The position numbers and the translations under genes were made by a program. DNA of 64,000 nt from NCBI GenBank assembly GCA_964057225.1, contig OZ059897.1, forward strand, positions 18,290,001 to 18,354,000. Reading direction: 5' to 3'. This document shows positions 30,001-45,000 of the stretch, one piece after another (positions within the stretch are counted from its first letter, which is position 1; each line of letters opens with the position of its first letter). The DNA comes from Auanema rhodensis. Lineage: Eukaryota; Animalia; Nematoda. Below the pieces are notes generated by a model that saw nothing but the letters and a program-made list of their open reading frames with translations, was not told the origin of the DNA and ran no database searches.

Positions 30001-33000
30001 GAGAAACGCTTAATACAAAAATTAGTTATAATCGTTTGAAAAATGATGCATTAGTGTATGTTGAGTTTCCATGTACACTCAACATTGCTTCCAAAAACAT
30101 TTTGACAAAAATTTTTTCGAAAAATTTCAAAATAATTTAGCAAAAAGTAGATGTTTTTAGATTCCATTTTTCAAGGCAAAGACGATGGACAATGTTATTC
30201 AACGAAAAAATTAATTCTTCAGGGTGAAAATCGAGGATATAAGTGTGAACTTATATCAGTTGATATCTCGGTGCATTTTTAAGCTAGCGCAAATCTGATA
30301 ACACAGATCGACGCAGCTTAAAAATCCGCACCGAATGCACTATACTACATTGAGAAACGCTTAATACAAAAATTAGTTATGATCGTTTGAAAAATGATGC
30401 ATTAGTGTATGTTGAGTTTCCATGTACACTCAATATTGCTTCCAAAAACATTTTGACAAAAACTTTTTCGAAAAATTTCAAAATAATTTAGCAAAAAGTA
30501 GATGTTTTTAGATTCCATTTTTCAAGGCAAAGACGATGGACAATGTTATTCAACGAAAAAATTAATTCTTCAATGTGAAAATCGAGGATATAAGTGTGAA
30601 CTTATATCAGTTGATATCTCGGTGCATTTTTAAGCTAGCGCAAATCTGATAACACAGATCGACGCAGCTTAAAAATCCGCATCGAATGCACTATACTACA
30701 TTGAGAAACGCTTAATACAAAAATTAGTTATGATCGTTTGAAAAATGATGCATTAGTGTATGTTGAGTTTCCATGTACACTCAACATTGCTTCCAAAAAC
30801 ATTTTGACAAAAACTTTTTCGAAAAATTTCAAAATAATTTAGCAAAAAGTAGATGTTTTTAGATTCCATTTTTCAAGGCAAAGACGATGGACAATGTTAT
30901 TCAACGAAAAAATTAATTCTTCAGGGTGAAAATCGAGGATATAAGTGTGAACTTATATCAGTTGATATCTCGGTGCATTTTTAAGCTAGCGCAAATCTGA
31001 TAACACAGATCGACGCAGCTTAAAAATCCGCATCGAATGCACTATACTACATTGAGAAACGCTTAATACAAAAATTAGTTATAATCGTTTGAAAAATGAT
31101 GCATTAGTGTATGTTGAGTTTCCATGTACACTCAACATTGCTTCCAAAAACATTTTGACAAAAATTTTTTCGAAAAATTTCAAAATAATTTAGCAAAAAG
31201 TAGATGTTTTTAGATTCCATTTTTCAAGGCAAAGTTGATGGACAATGTTATTCAACGAAAAAATTAATTCTTCAGGGTGAAAATCGAGGATATAAGTGTG
31301 AACATATATCAGTTGATATCTCGGTGCATTTTCAAGCTAGCGCAAATCTGATAACACAGATCGACGCAGCTTAAAAATCCGCATCGAATGCACTATACTA
31401 CATTGAGAAATGCTTAATACAAAAATTAGTTATAATCGTTTGAAAAATGATGCATTAGTGTATGTTGAGTTTCCATGTACACTTAACATTGCTTCCAAAA
31501 ACATTTTGACAAAAATTTTTTCGAAAAATTTCAAAATAGTTTACCAAAAAGTAGATGTTTTTAGATTCCATTTTTCAAGGCAAAGACGATAGACAATGTT
31601 ATTCAACGAAAAAATTAATTCTTCAGGGTGAAAATCGAGGATATAAGTGTGAACTTATATCAGTTGATATCTCGGTGCATTTTTAAGCTAGCGCAAATCT
31701 GATAACACAGATCGACGCAGCTTAAAAATCCGCATCGAATGCACTATACTACATTGAGAAACGCTTAATACAAAAATTAGTTATAATCGTTTGAAAAATG
31801 ATGCATTAGTGTATGTTGAGTTTCCATGTACACTCAACATTGCTTCCAAAAACATTTTGACAAAAATTTTTTCGAAAAATTTCAAAATAATTTAGCAAAA
31901 AGTAGATGTTTTTAGATTCCATTTTTCAAGGCAAAGACGATGGACAATGTTATTCAACGAAAAAATTAATTCTTCAGGGTGAAAATCGAAGATATAAGTG
32001 TGAACTTATATCAGTTGATATCTCGGTGCATTTTTAAGCTAGCGCAAATCTGATAACACAGATCGACGCAGCTTAAAAATCCGCATCGAATGCACTATAC
32101 TACATTGAGAAACGCTTAATACAAAAATTAGTTATAATCGTTTGAAAAATGATGCATTAGTGTATGTTGAGTTTCCATGTACACTCAACATTGCTTCCAA
32201 AAACATTTTGACAAAAATTTTTTCGAAAAATTTCAAAATAATTTAGCAAAAAGTAGATGTTTTTAGATTCCATTTTTCAAGGCAAAGACGATGGACAATG
32301 TTATTCAACGAAAAAATTAATTCTTCAGGGTGAAAATTGAGGATATAAGTGTGAACTTATATCAGTTGATATCTCGGTGCATTTTTAAGCTAGCGCAAAT
32401 CTGATAACACAGATCGACGCAGCTTAAAAATCCGCATCGAATGCACTATACTACATTGAGAAACACTTGATACAAAAATTAGTTATGATCGTTTGAAAAA
32501 TGATGCATTAGTGTATGTTGAGTTTCCATGTACACTCAACATTGCTTCCAAAAACATTTTGACAAAAATTTTTTCGAAAAATTTCAAAATAATTTAGCAA
32601 AAAGTAGATGTTTTTAGATTTCATTTTTCAAGGCAAAGACGATGGACAATGTTATTCAACGAAAAAATTAATTCTTCAGGGTGAAAATCGAGGATATAAG
32701 TGTGAACTTATATCAGTTGATATCTCGGTGCATTTTTAAGCTAGCGCAAATCTGATAACACAGATCGACGCAGCTTAAAAATCCGCACCGAATGCACTAT
32801 ACTACATTGAGAAACGCTTAATACAAAAATTAGTTATGATCGTTTGAAAAATGATGCATTAGTGTATGTTGAGTTTCCATGTACACTCAATATTGCTTCC
32901 AAAAACATTTTGACAAAAATGTTTTCGAAAAATTTCAAAATAATTTAGCAAAAAGTAGATGTTTTTAGATTTCTTTTTTCAAGGCAAAGACGATGGACAA

Positions 33001-36000
33001 TGTTATTCAACGAAAAAATCATTTCTTCAGGGTGAAAATCGAGGATATAAGTGTGAACTTATATCAGTTGATATCTGGGTGCATTTTTAAGCTAGCGCAA
33101 ATCTGATAACACAGATCGACGCAGCTTAAAAATCCGCATCGAATGCACTATACTACATTGAGAAACGCTTAATACATAAATTAGTTATGATCGTTTGAAA
33201 AATGATGCATTAGTGTATGTTGAGTTTCCATGTACACTCAACATTGCTTCCAAAAACATTTTGACAAAAATTTTTTCGAAAAATTTCGAAATAATTTAGC
33301 AAAAAGTAGATGTTTTTAGATTCCATTTTTCAAGGCAAAGACGATAGACAATGTTATTCAACGAAAAAATTAATTCTTCAGGGTGAAAATCGAGGATATA
33401 AGTGTGAACATATATCAGTTGATATCTCGGTGCATTTTCAAGCTAGCGCAAATCTGATAACACAGATCGACGCAGCTTAAAAATCCGCATCGAATGCACT
33501 ATACTACATTGAGAAATGCTTAATACAAAAATTAGTTATAATCGTTTGAAAAATGATGCATTAGTGTATGTTGAGTTTCCATGTACACTTAACATTGCTT
33601 CCAAAAACATTTTGACAAAAATTTTTTCGAAAAATTTCAAAATAGTTTACCAAAAAGTAGATGTTTTTAGATTCCATTTTTCAAGGCAAAGACGATAGAC
33701 AATGTTATTCAACGAAAAAATTAATTCTTCAGGGTGAAAATCGAGGATATAAGTGTGAACTTATATCAGTTGATATCTCGGTGCATTTTTAAGCTAGCGC
33801 AAATCTGATAACACAGATCGACGCAGCTTAAAAATCCGCATCGAATGCACTATACTACATTGAGAAACGCTTAATACAAAAATTAGTTATAATCGTTTGA
33901 AAAATGATGCATTAGTGTATGTTGAGTTTCCATGTACACTTAACATTGCTTCCAAAAACATTTTGACAAAAATTTTTTCGAAAAATTTCAAAATAGTTTA
34001 CCAAAAAGTAGATGTTTTTAGATTCCATTTTTCAAGGCAAAGACGATAGACAATGTTATTCAACGAAAAAATTAATTCTTCAGGGTGAAAATCGAGGATA
34101 TAAGTGTGAACTTATATCAGTTGATATCTCGGTGCATTTTTAAGCTAGCGCAAATCTGATAACACAGATCGACGCAGCTTAAAAATCCGCATCGAATGCA
34201 CTATACTACATTGAGAAAGGCTTAATACATAAATTAGTTATGATCGTTTGAAAAATGATGCATTAGTGTATGTTGAGTTTCCATGTACACTCAACATTGC
34301 TTCCAAAAACATTTTGACAAAAATTTTTTCGAAAAATTTCGAAATAATTTAGCAAAAAGTAGATGTTTTTAGATTCCATTTTTCAAGGCAAAGACGATAG
34401 ACAATGTTATTCAACGAAAAAATTAATTCTTCAGGGTGAAAATCGAGGATATAAGTGTGAACTTATATCAGTTGATATCTCGGTGCATTTTTAAGCTAGC
34501 GCAAATCTGATAACACAGATCGACGCAGCTTAAAAATCCGCATCGAATGCACTATACTACATTGAGAAACGCTTAATACAAAAATTAGTTATAATCGTTT
34601 GAAAAATGATGCATTAGTGTATGTTGAGTTTCCATGTACACTCAACATTGCTTCCAAAAACATTTTGACAAAAATTTTTTCGAAAAATTTCAAAATAATT
34701 TAGCAAAAAGTAGATGTTTTTAGATTCCATTTTTCAAGGCAAAGACGATGGACAATGTTATTCAACGAAAAAATTAATTCTTCAGGGTGAAAATCGAAGA
34801 TATAAGTGTGAACTTATATCAGTTGATATCTCGGTGCATTTTTAAGCTAGCGCAAATCTGATAACACAGATCGACGCAGCTTAAAAATCCGCATCGAATG
34901 CACTATACTACATTGAGAAACGCTTAATACAAAAATTAGTTATAATCGTTTGAAAAATGATGCATTAGTGTATGTTGAGTTTCCATGTACACTCAACATT
35001 GCTTCCAAAAACATTTTGACAAAAATTTTTTCGAAAAATTTCAAAATAATTTAGCAAAAAGTAGATGTTTTTAGATTCCATTTTTCAAGGCAAAGACGAT
35101 GGACAATGTTATTCAACGAAAAAATTAATTCTTCAGGGTGAAAATCGAGGATATAAGTGTGAACTTATATCAGTTGATATCTCGGTGCATTTTTAAGCTA
35201 GCGCAAATCTGATAACACAGATCGACGCAGCTTAAAAATCCGCACCGAATGCACTATACTACATTGAGAAACGCTTAATACAAAAATTAGTTATGATCGT
35301 TTGAAAAATGATGCATTAGTGTATGTTGAGTTTCCATGTACACTCAATATTGCTTCCAAAAACATTTTGACAAAAACTTTTTCGAAAAATTTCAAAATAA
35401 TTTAGCAAAAAGTAGATGTTTTTAGATTCCATTTTTCAAGGCAAAGACGATGGACAATGTTATTCAACGAAAAAATTAATTCTTCAGGGTGAAAATTGAG
35501 GATATAAGTGTGAACATATATCAGTTGATATCTCGGTGCATTTTCAAGCTAGCGCAAATCTGATAACACAGATCGACGCAGCTTAAAAATCCGCATCGAA
35601 TGCACTATACTACATTGAGAAATGCTTAATACAAAAATTAGTTATAATCGTTTGAAAAATGATGCATTAGTGTATGTTGAGTTTCCATGTACACTTAACA
35701 TTGCTTCCAAAAACATTTTGACAAAAATTTTTTCGAAAAATTTCAAAATAGTTTACCAAAAAGTAGATGTTTTTAGATTCCATTTTTCAAGGCAAAGACG
35801 ATAGACAATGTTATTCAACGAAAAAATTAATTCTTCAGGGTGAAAATCGAGGATATAAGTGTGAACTTATATCAGTTGATATCTCGGTGCATTTTTAAGC
35901 TAGCGCAAATCTGATAACACAGATCGACGCAGCTTAAAAATCCGCATCGAATGCACTATACTACATTGAGAAACGCTTAATACAAAAATTAGTTATAATC

Positions 36001-39000
36001 GTTTGAAAAATGATGCATTAGTGTATGTTGAGTTTCCATGTACACTTAACATTGCTTCCAAAAACATTTTGACAAAAATTTTTTCGAAAAATTTCAAAAT
36101 AGTTTACCAAAAAGTAGATGTTTTTAGATTCCATTTTTCAAGGCAAAGACGATAGACAATGTTATTCAACGAAAAAATTAATTCTTCAGGGTGAAAATCG
36201 AGGATATAAGTGTGAACTTATATCAGTTGATATCTCGGTGCATTTTTAAGCTAGCGCAAATCTGATAACACAGATCGACGCAGCTTAAAAATCCGCATCG
36301 AATGCACTATACTACATTGAGAAAGGCTTAATACATAAATTAGTTATGATCGTTTGAAAAATGATGCATTAGTGTATGTTGAGTTTCCATGTACACTCAA
36401 CATTGCTTCCAAAAACATTTTGACAAAAATTTTTTCGAAAAATTTCGAAATAATTTAGCAAAAAGTAGATGTTTTTAGATTCCATTTTTCAAGGCAAAGA
36501 CGATAGACAATGTTATTCAACGAAAAAATTAATTCTTCAGGGTGAAAATCGAGGATATAAGTGTGAACTTATATCAGTTGATATCTCGGTGCATTTTTAA
36601 GCTAGCGCAAATCTGATAACACAGATCGACGCAGCTTAAAAATCCGCATCGAATGCACTATACTACATTGAGAAACGCTTAATACAAAAATTAGTTATAA
36701 TCGTTTGAAAAATGATGCATTAGTGTATGTTGAGTTTCCATGTACACTCAACATTGCTTCCAAAAACATTTTGACAAAAATTTTTTCGAAAAATTTCAAA
36801 ATAATTTAGCAAAAAGTAGATGTTTTTAGATTCCATTTTTCAAGGCAAAGACGATGGACAATGTTATTCAACGAAAAAATTAATTCTTCAGGGTGAAAAT
36901 CGAAGATATAAGTGTGAACTTATATCAGTTGATATCTCGGTGCATTTTTAAGCTAGCGCAAATCTGATAACACAGATCGACGCAGCTTAAAAATCCGCAT
37001 CGAATGCACTATACTACATTGAGAAACGCTTAATACAAAAATTAGTTATAATCGTTTGAAAAATGATGCATTAGTGTATGTTGAGTTTCCATGTACACTC
37101 AACATTGCTTCCAAAAACATTTTGACAAAAATTTTTTCGAAAAATTTCAAAATAATTTAGCAAAAAGTAGATGTTTTTAGATTCCATTTTTCAAGGCAAA
37201 GACGATGGACAATGTTATTCAACGAAAAAATTAATTCTTCAGGGTGAAAATTGAGGATATAAGTGTGAACTTATATCAGTTGATATCTCGGTGCATTTTT
37301 AAGCTAGCGCAAATCTGATAACACAGATCGACGCAGCTTAAAAATCCGCATCGAATGCACTATACTACATTGAGAAACGCTTAATACAAAAATTAGTTAT
37401 GATCGTTTGAAAAATGATGCATTAGTGTATGTTGAGTTTCCATGTACACTCAATATTGCTTCCAAAAACATTTTGACAAAAATGTTTTCGGAAAATTTCA
37501 AAATAATTTAGCAAAAAGTAGATGTTTTTAGATTTCTTTTTTCAAGGCAAAGACGATGGACAATGTTATTCAACGAAAAAATCATTTCTTCAGGGTGAAA
37601 ATCGAGGATATAAGTGTGAACTTATATCAGTTGATATCTCGGTGCATTTTTAAGCTAGCGCAAATCTGATAACACAGATCGACGCAGCTTAAAAATCCGC
37701 ATCGAATGCACTATACTACATTGAGAAACGCTTAATACAAAAATTAGTTATAATCGTTTGAAAAATGATGCATTAGTGTATGTTGAGTTTCCATGTACAC
37801 TCAACATTGCTTCCAAAAACATTTTGACAAAAATTTTTTCGAAAAATTTCAAAATAATTTAGCAAAAAGTAGATGTTTTTAGATTCCATTTTTCAAGGCA
37901 AAGACGATGGACAATGTTATTCAACGAAAAAATTAATTCTTCAGGGTGAAAATCGAGGATATAAGTGTGAACTTATATCAGTTGATATCTCGGTGCATTT
38001 TTAAGCTAGCGCAAATCTGATAACACAGATCGACGCAGCTTAAAAATCCGCACCGAATGCACTATACTACATTGAGAAACGCTTAATACAAAAATTAGTT
38101 ATGATCGTTTGAAAAATGATGCATTAGTGTATGTTGAGTTTCCATGTACACTCAATATTGCTTCCAAAAACATTTTGACAAAAACTTTTTCGAAAAATTT
38201 CAAAATAATTTAGCAAAAAGTAGATGTTTTTAGATTCCATTTTTCAAGGCAAAGACGATGGACAATGTTATTCAACGAAAAAATTAATTCTTCAATGTGA
38301 AAATCGAGGATATAAGTGTGAACTTATATCAGTTGATATCTCGGTGCATTTTTAAGCTAGCGCAAATCTGATAACACAGATCGACGCAGCTTAAAAATCC
38401 GCATCGAATGCACTATACTACATTGAGAAACGCTTAATACAAAAATTAGTTATGATCGTTTGAAAAATGATGCATTAGTGTATGTTGAGTTTCCATGTAC
38501 ACTCAACATTGCTTCCAAAAACATTTTGACAAAAACTTTTTCGAAAAATTTCAAAATAATTTAGCAAAAAGTAGATGTTTTTAGATTCCATTTTTCAAGG
38601 CAAAGACGATGGACAATGTTATTCAACGAAAAAATTAATTCTTCAGGGTGAAAATCGAGGATATAAGTGTGAACTTATATCAGTTGATATCTCGGTGCAT
38701 TTTTAAGCTAGCGCAAATCTGATAACACAGATCGACGCAGCTTAAAAATCCGCATCGAATGCACTATACTACATTGAGAAACGCTTAATACAAAAATTAG
38801 TTATAATCGTTTGAAAAATGATGCATTAGTGTATGTTGAGTTTCCATGTACACTCAACATTGCTTCCAAAAACATTTTGACAAAAATTTTTTCGAAAAAT
38901 TTCAAAATAATTTAGCAAAAAGTAGATGTTTTTAGATTCCATTTTTCAAGGCAAAGTTGATGGACAATGTTATTCAACGAAAAAATTAATTCTTCAGGGT

Positions 39001-42000
39001 GAAAATCGAGGATATAAGTGTGAACATATATCAGTTGATATCTCGGTGCATTTTCAAGCTAGCGCAAATCTGATAACACAGATCGACGCAGCTTAAAAAT
39101 CCGCATCGAATGCACTATACTACATTGAGAAATGCTTAATACAAAAATTAGTTATAATCGTTTGAAAAATGATGCATTAGTGTATGTTGAGTTTCCATGT
39201 ACACTTAACATTGCTTCCAAAAACATTTTGACAAAAATTTTTTCGAAAAATTTCAAAATAGTTTACCAAAAAGTAGATGTTTTTAGATTCCATTTTTCAA
39301 GGCAAAGACGATAGACAATGTTATTCAACGAAAAAATTAATTCTTCAGGGTGAAAATCGAGGATATAAGTGTGAACTTATATCAGTTGATATCTCGGTGC
39401 ATTTTTAAGCTAGCGCAAATCTGATAACACAGATCGACGCAGCTTAAAAATCCGCATCGAATGCACTATACTACATTGAGAAACGCTTAATACAAAAATT
39501 AGTTATAATCGTTTGAAAAATGATGCATTAGTGTATGTTGAGTTTCCATGTACACTCAACATTGCTTCCAAAAACATTTTGACAAAAATTTTTTCGAAAA
39601 ATTTCAAAATAATTTAGCAAAAAGTAGATGTTTTTAGATTCCATTTTTCAAGGCAAAGACGATGGACAATGTTATTCAACGAAAAAATTAATTCTTCAGG
39701 GTGAAAATCGAAGATATAAGTGTGAACTTATATCAGTTGATATCTCGGTGCATTTTTAAGCTAGCGCAAATCTGATAACACAGATCGACGCAGCTTAAAA
39801 ATCCGCATCGAATGCACTATACTACATTGAGAAACGCTTAATACAAAAATTAGTTATAATCGTTTGAAAAATGATGCATTAGTGTATGTTGAGTTTCCAT
39901 GTACACTCAACATTGCTTCCAAAAACATTTTGACAAAAATTTTTTCGAAAAATTTCAAAATAATTTAGCAAAAAGTAGATGTTTTTAGATTCCATTTTTC
40001 AAGGCAAAGACGATGGACAATGTTATTCAACGAAAAAATTAATTCTTCAGGGTGAAAATTGAGGATATAAGTGTGAACTTATATCAGTTGATATCTCGGT
40101 GCATTTTTAAGCTAGCGCAAATCTGATAACACAGATCGACGCAGCTTAAAAATCCGCATCGAATGCACTATACTACATTGAGAAACACTTGATACAAAAA
40201 TTAGTTATGATCGTTTGAAAAATGATGCATTAGTGTATGTTGAGTTTCCATGTACACTCAACATTGCTTCCAAAAACATTTTGACAAAAATTTTTTCGAA
40301 AAATTTCAAAATAATTTAGCAAAAAGTAGATGTTTTTAGATTTCATTTTTCAAGGCAAAGACGATGGACAATGTTATTCAACGAAAAAATTAATTCTTCA
40401 GGGTGAAAATCGAGGATATAAGTGTGAACTTATATCAGTTGATATCTCGGTGCATTTTTAAGCTAGCGCAAATCTGATAACACAGATCGACGCAGCTTAA
40501 AAATCCGCACCGAATGCACTATACTACATTGAGAAACGCTTAATACAAAAATTAGTTATGATCGTTTGAAAAATGATGCATTAGTGTATGTTGAGTTTCC
40601 ATGTACACTCAATATTGCTTCCAAAAACATTTTGACAAAAATGTTTTCGAAAAATTTCAAAATAATTTAGCAAAAAGTAGATGTTTTTAGATTTCTTTTT
40701 TCAAGGCAAAGACGATGGACAATGTTATTCAACGAAAAAATCATTTCTTCAGGGTGAAAATCGAGGATATAAGTGTGAACTTATATCAGTTGATATCTGG
40801 GTGCATTTTTAAGCTAGCGCAAATCTGATAACACAGATCGACGCAGCTTAAAAATCCGCATCGAATGCACTATACTACATTGAGAAACGCTTAATACATA
40901 AATTAGTTATGATCGTTTGAAAAATGATGCATTAGTGTATGTTGAGTTTCCATGTACACTCAACATTGCTTCCAAAAACATTTTGACAAAAATTTTTTCG
41001 AAAAATTTCGAAATAATTTAGCAAAAAGTAGATGTTTTTAGATTCCATTTTTCAAGGCAAAGACGATAGACAATGTTATTCAACGAAAAAATTAATTCTT
41101 CAGGGTGAAAATCGAGGATATAAGTGTGAACATATATCAGTTGATATCTCGGTGCATTTTCAAGCTAGCGCAAATCTGATAACACAGATCGACGCAGCTT
41201 AAAAATCCGCATCGAATGCACTATACTACATTGAGAAATGCTTAATACAAAAATTAGTTATAATCGTTTGAAAAATGATGCATTAGTGTATGTTGAGTTT
41301 CCATGTACACTTAACATTGCTTCCAAAAACATTTTGACAAAAATTTTTTCGAAAAATTTCAAAATAGTTTACCAAAAAGTAGATGTTTTTAGATTCCATT
41401 TTTCAAGGCAAAGACGATAGACAATGTTATTCAACGAAAAAATTAATTCTTCAGGGTGAAAATCGAGGATATAAGTGTGAACTTATATCAGTTGATATCT
41501 CGGTGCATTTTTAAGCTAGCGCAAATCTGATAACACAGATCGACGCAGCTTAAAAATCCGCATCGAATGCACTATACTACATTGAGAAACGCTTAATACA
41601 AAAATTAGTTATAATCGTTTGAAAAATGATGCATTAGTGTATGTTGAGTTTCCATGTACACTTAACATTGCTTCCAAAAACATTTTGACAAAAATTTTTT
41701 CGAAAAATTTCAAAATAGTTTACCAAAAAGTAGATGTTTTTAGATTCCATTTTTCAAGGCAAAGACGATAGACAATGTTATTCAACGAAAAAATTAATTC
41801 TTCAGGGTGAAAATCGAGGATATAAGTGTGAACTTATATCAGTTGATATCTCGGTGCATTTTTAAGCTAGCGCAAATCTGATAACACAGATCGACGCAGC
41901 TTAAAAATCCGCATCGAATGCACTATACTACATTGAGAAAGGCTTAATACATAAATTAGTTATGATCGTTTGAAAAATGATGCATTAGTGTATGTTGAGT

Positions 42001-45000
42001 TTCCATGTACACTCAACATTGCTTCCAAAAACATTTTGACAAAAATTTTTTCGAAAAATTTCGAAATAATTTAGCAAAAAGTAGATGTTTTTAGATTCCA
42101 TTTTTCAAGGCAAAGACGATAGACAATGTTATTCAACGAAAAAATTAATTCTTCAGGGTGAAAATCGAGGATATAAGTGTGAACTTATATCAGTTGATAT
42201 CTCGGTGCATTTTTAAGCTAGCGCAAATCTGATAACACAGATCGACGCAGCTTAAAAATCCGCATCGAATGCACTATACTACATTGAGAAACGCTTAATA
42301 CAAAAATTAGTTATAATCGTTTGAAAAATGATGCATTAGTGTATGTTGAGTTTCCATGTACACTCAACATTGCTTCCAAAAACATTTTGACAAAAATTTT
42401 TTCGAAAAATTTCAAAATAATTTAGCAAAAAGTAGATGTTTTTAGATTCCATTTTTCAAGGCAAAGACGATGGACAATGTTATTCAACGAAAAAATTAAT
42501 TCTTCAGGGTGAAAATCGAAGATATAAGTGTGAACTTATATCAGTTGATATCTCGGTGCATTTTTAAGCTAGCGCAAATCTGATAACACAGATCGACGCA
42601 GCTTAAAAATCCGCATCGAATGCACTATACTACATTGAGAAACGCTTAATACAAAAATTAGTTATAATCGTTTGAAAAATGATGCATTAGTGTATGTTGA
42701 GTTTCCATGTACACTCAACATTGCTTCCAAAAACATTTTGACAAAAATTTTTTCGAAAAATTTCAAAATAATTTAGCAAAAAGTAGATGTTTTTAGATTC
42801 CATTTTTCAAGGCAAAGACGATGGACAATGTTATTCAACGAAAAAATTAATTCTTCAGGGTGAAAATTGAGGATATAAGTGTGAACTTATATCAGTTGAT
42901 ATCTCGGTGCATTTTTAAGCTAGCGCAAATCTGATAACACAGATCGACGCAGCTTAAAAATCCGCATCGAATGCACTATACTACATTGAGAAACACTTGA
43001 TACAAAAATTAGTTATGATCGTTTGAAAAATGATGCATTAGTGTATGTTGAGTTTCCATGTACACTCAACATTGCTTCCAAAAACATTTTGACAAAAATT
43101 TTTTCGAAAAATTTCAAAATAATTTAGCAAAAAGTAGATGTTTTTAGATTTCATTTTTCAAGGCAAAGACGATGGACAATGTTATTCAACGAAAAAATTA
43201 ATTCTTCAGGGTGAAAATCGAGGATATAAGTGTGAACTTATATCAGTTGATATCTCGGTGCATTTTTAAGCTAGCGCAAATCTGATAACACAGATCGACG
43301 CAGCTTAAAAATCCGCACCGAATGCACTATACTACATTGAGAAACGCTTAATACAAAAATTAGTTATGATCGTTTGAAAAATGATGCATTAGTGTATGTT
43401 GAGTTTCCATGTACACTCAATATTGCTTCCAAAAACATTTTGACAAAAATGTTTTCGAAAAATTTCAAAATAATTTAGCAAAAAGTAGATGTTTTTAGAT
43501 TTCTTTTTTCAAGGCAAAGACGATGGACAATGTTATTCAACGAAAAAATCATTTCTTCAGGGTGAAAATCGAGGATATAAGTGTGAACTTATATCAGTTG
43601 ATATCTGGGTGCATTTTTAAGCTAGCGCAAATCTGATAACACAGATCGACGCAGCTTAAAAATCCGCATCGAATGCACTATACTACATTGAGAAACGCTT
43701 AATACATAAATTAGTTATGATCGTTTGAAAAATGATGCATTAGTGTATGTTGAGTTTCCATGTACACTCAACATTGCTTCCAAAAACATTTTGACAAAAA
43801 TTTTTTCGAAAAATTTCGAAATAATTTAGCAAAAAGTAGATGTTTTTAGATTCCATTTTTCAAGGCAAAGACGATAGACAATGTTATTCAACGAAAAAAT
43901 TAATTCTTCAGGGTGAAAATCGAGGATATAAGTGTGAACTTATATCAGTTGATATCTCGGTGCATTTTTAAGCTAGCGCAAATCTGATAACACAGATCGA
44001 CGCAGCTTAAAAATCCGCATCGAATGCACTATACTACATTGAGAAACGCTTAATACAAGAATTAGTTATAATCGTTTGAAAAATGATGCATTAGTGTATG
44101 TTGAGTTTCCATGTACACTCAACATTGCTTCCAAAAACATTTTGACAAAAATTTTTTCGAAAAATTTCAAAATAATTTAGCAAAAAGTAGATGTTTTTAG
44201 ATTCCATTTTTCAAGGCAAAGACGATAGACAATGTTATTCAACGAAAAAATTAATTCTTTAGGGTGAAAATCGAGGATATAAGTGTGAACTTATATCAGT
44301 TGATATCTCGGTGCATTTTTAAGCTAGCGCAAATCTGATAACACAGATCGACGCAGCTTAAAAATCCGCATCGAATGCTTTATACTACATTGAGAAACGC
44401 TTAATACAAAAATTAGTTATGATCGTTTGAAAAATGATGCATTAGTGTATGTTGAGTTTCCATGTACACTCAACATTGCTTCCAAAAACATTTTGACAAA
44501 AATTTTTTCGAAAAATTTCAAAATAATTTAGCAAAAAGTAGATGTTTTTAGATTCCATTTTTCAAGGCAAAGACGATGGACAATGTTATTCAACGAAAAA
44601 ATTAATTCTTCAGGGTGAAAATCGAGGATATAAGTGTGAACTTATATCAGTTGATATCTCGGTGCATTTTTAAGCTAGCGCAAATCTGATAACACAGATC
44701 GACGCAGCTTAAAAATCCGCATCGAATGCACTATACTACATTGAGAAACGCTTAATACAACAATTAGTTATAATCGTTTGAAAAATGATGCATTAGTGTA
44801 TGTTGAGTTTCCATGTACACTCAACATTGCTTCCAAAAACATTTTGACAAAAATTTTTGCGAAAAATTTCAAAATAATTTAGCAAAAAGTAGATGTTTTT
44901 AGATTCCATTTTTCAAGGCAAAGACGATGGACAATGTTATTCAACGAAAAAATTAATTCTTCAGGGTGAAAATCGAGGATATAAGTGTGAACTTATATCA

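Noticed and set aside
1254-41420. Ten 60-63 aa ORFs (MKNDALVYVEF... / MLNTKISY...)
   Set aside because: Chance ORFs that appear only in monomers where TAG mutates to TAC. Most monomers have the stop; no coding signature.
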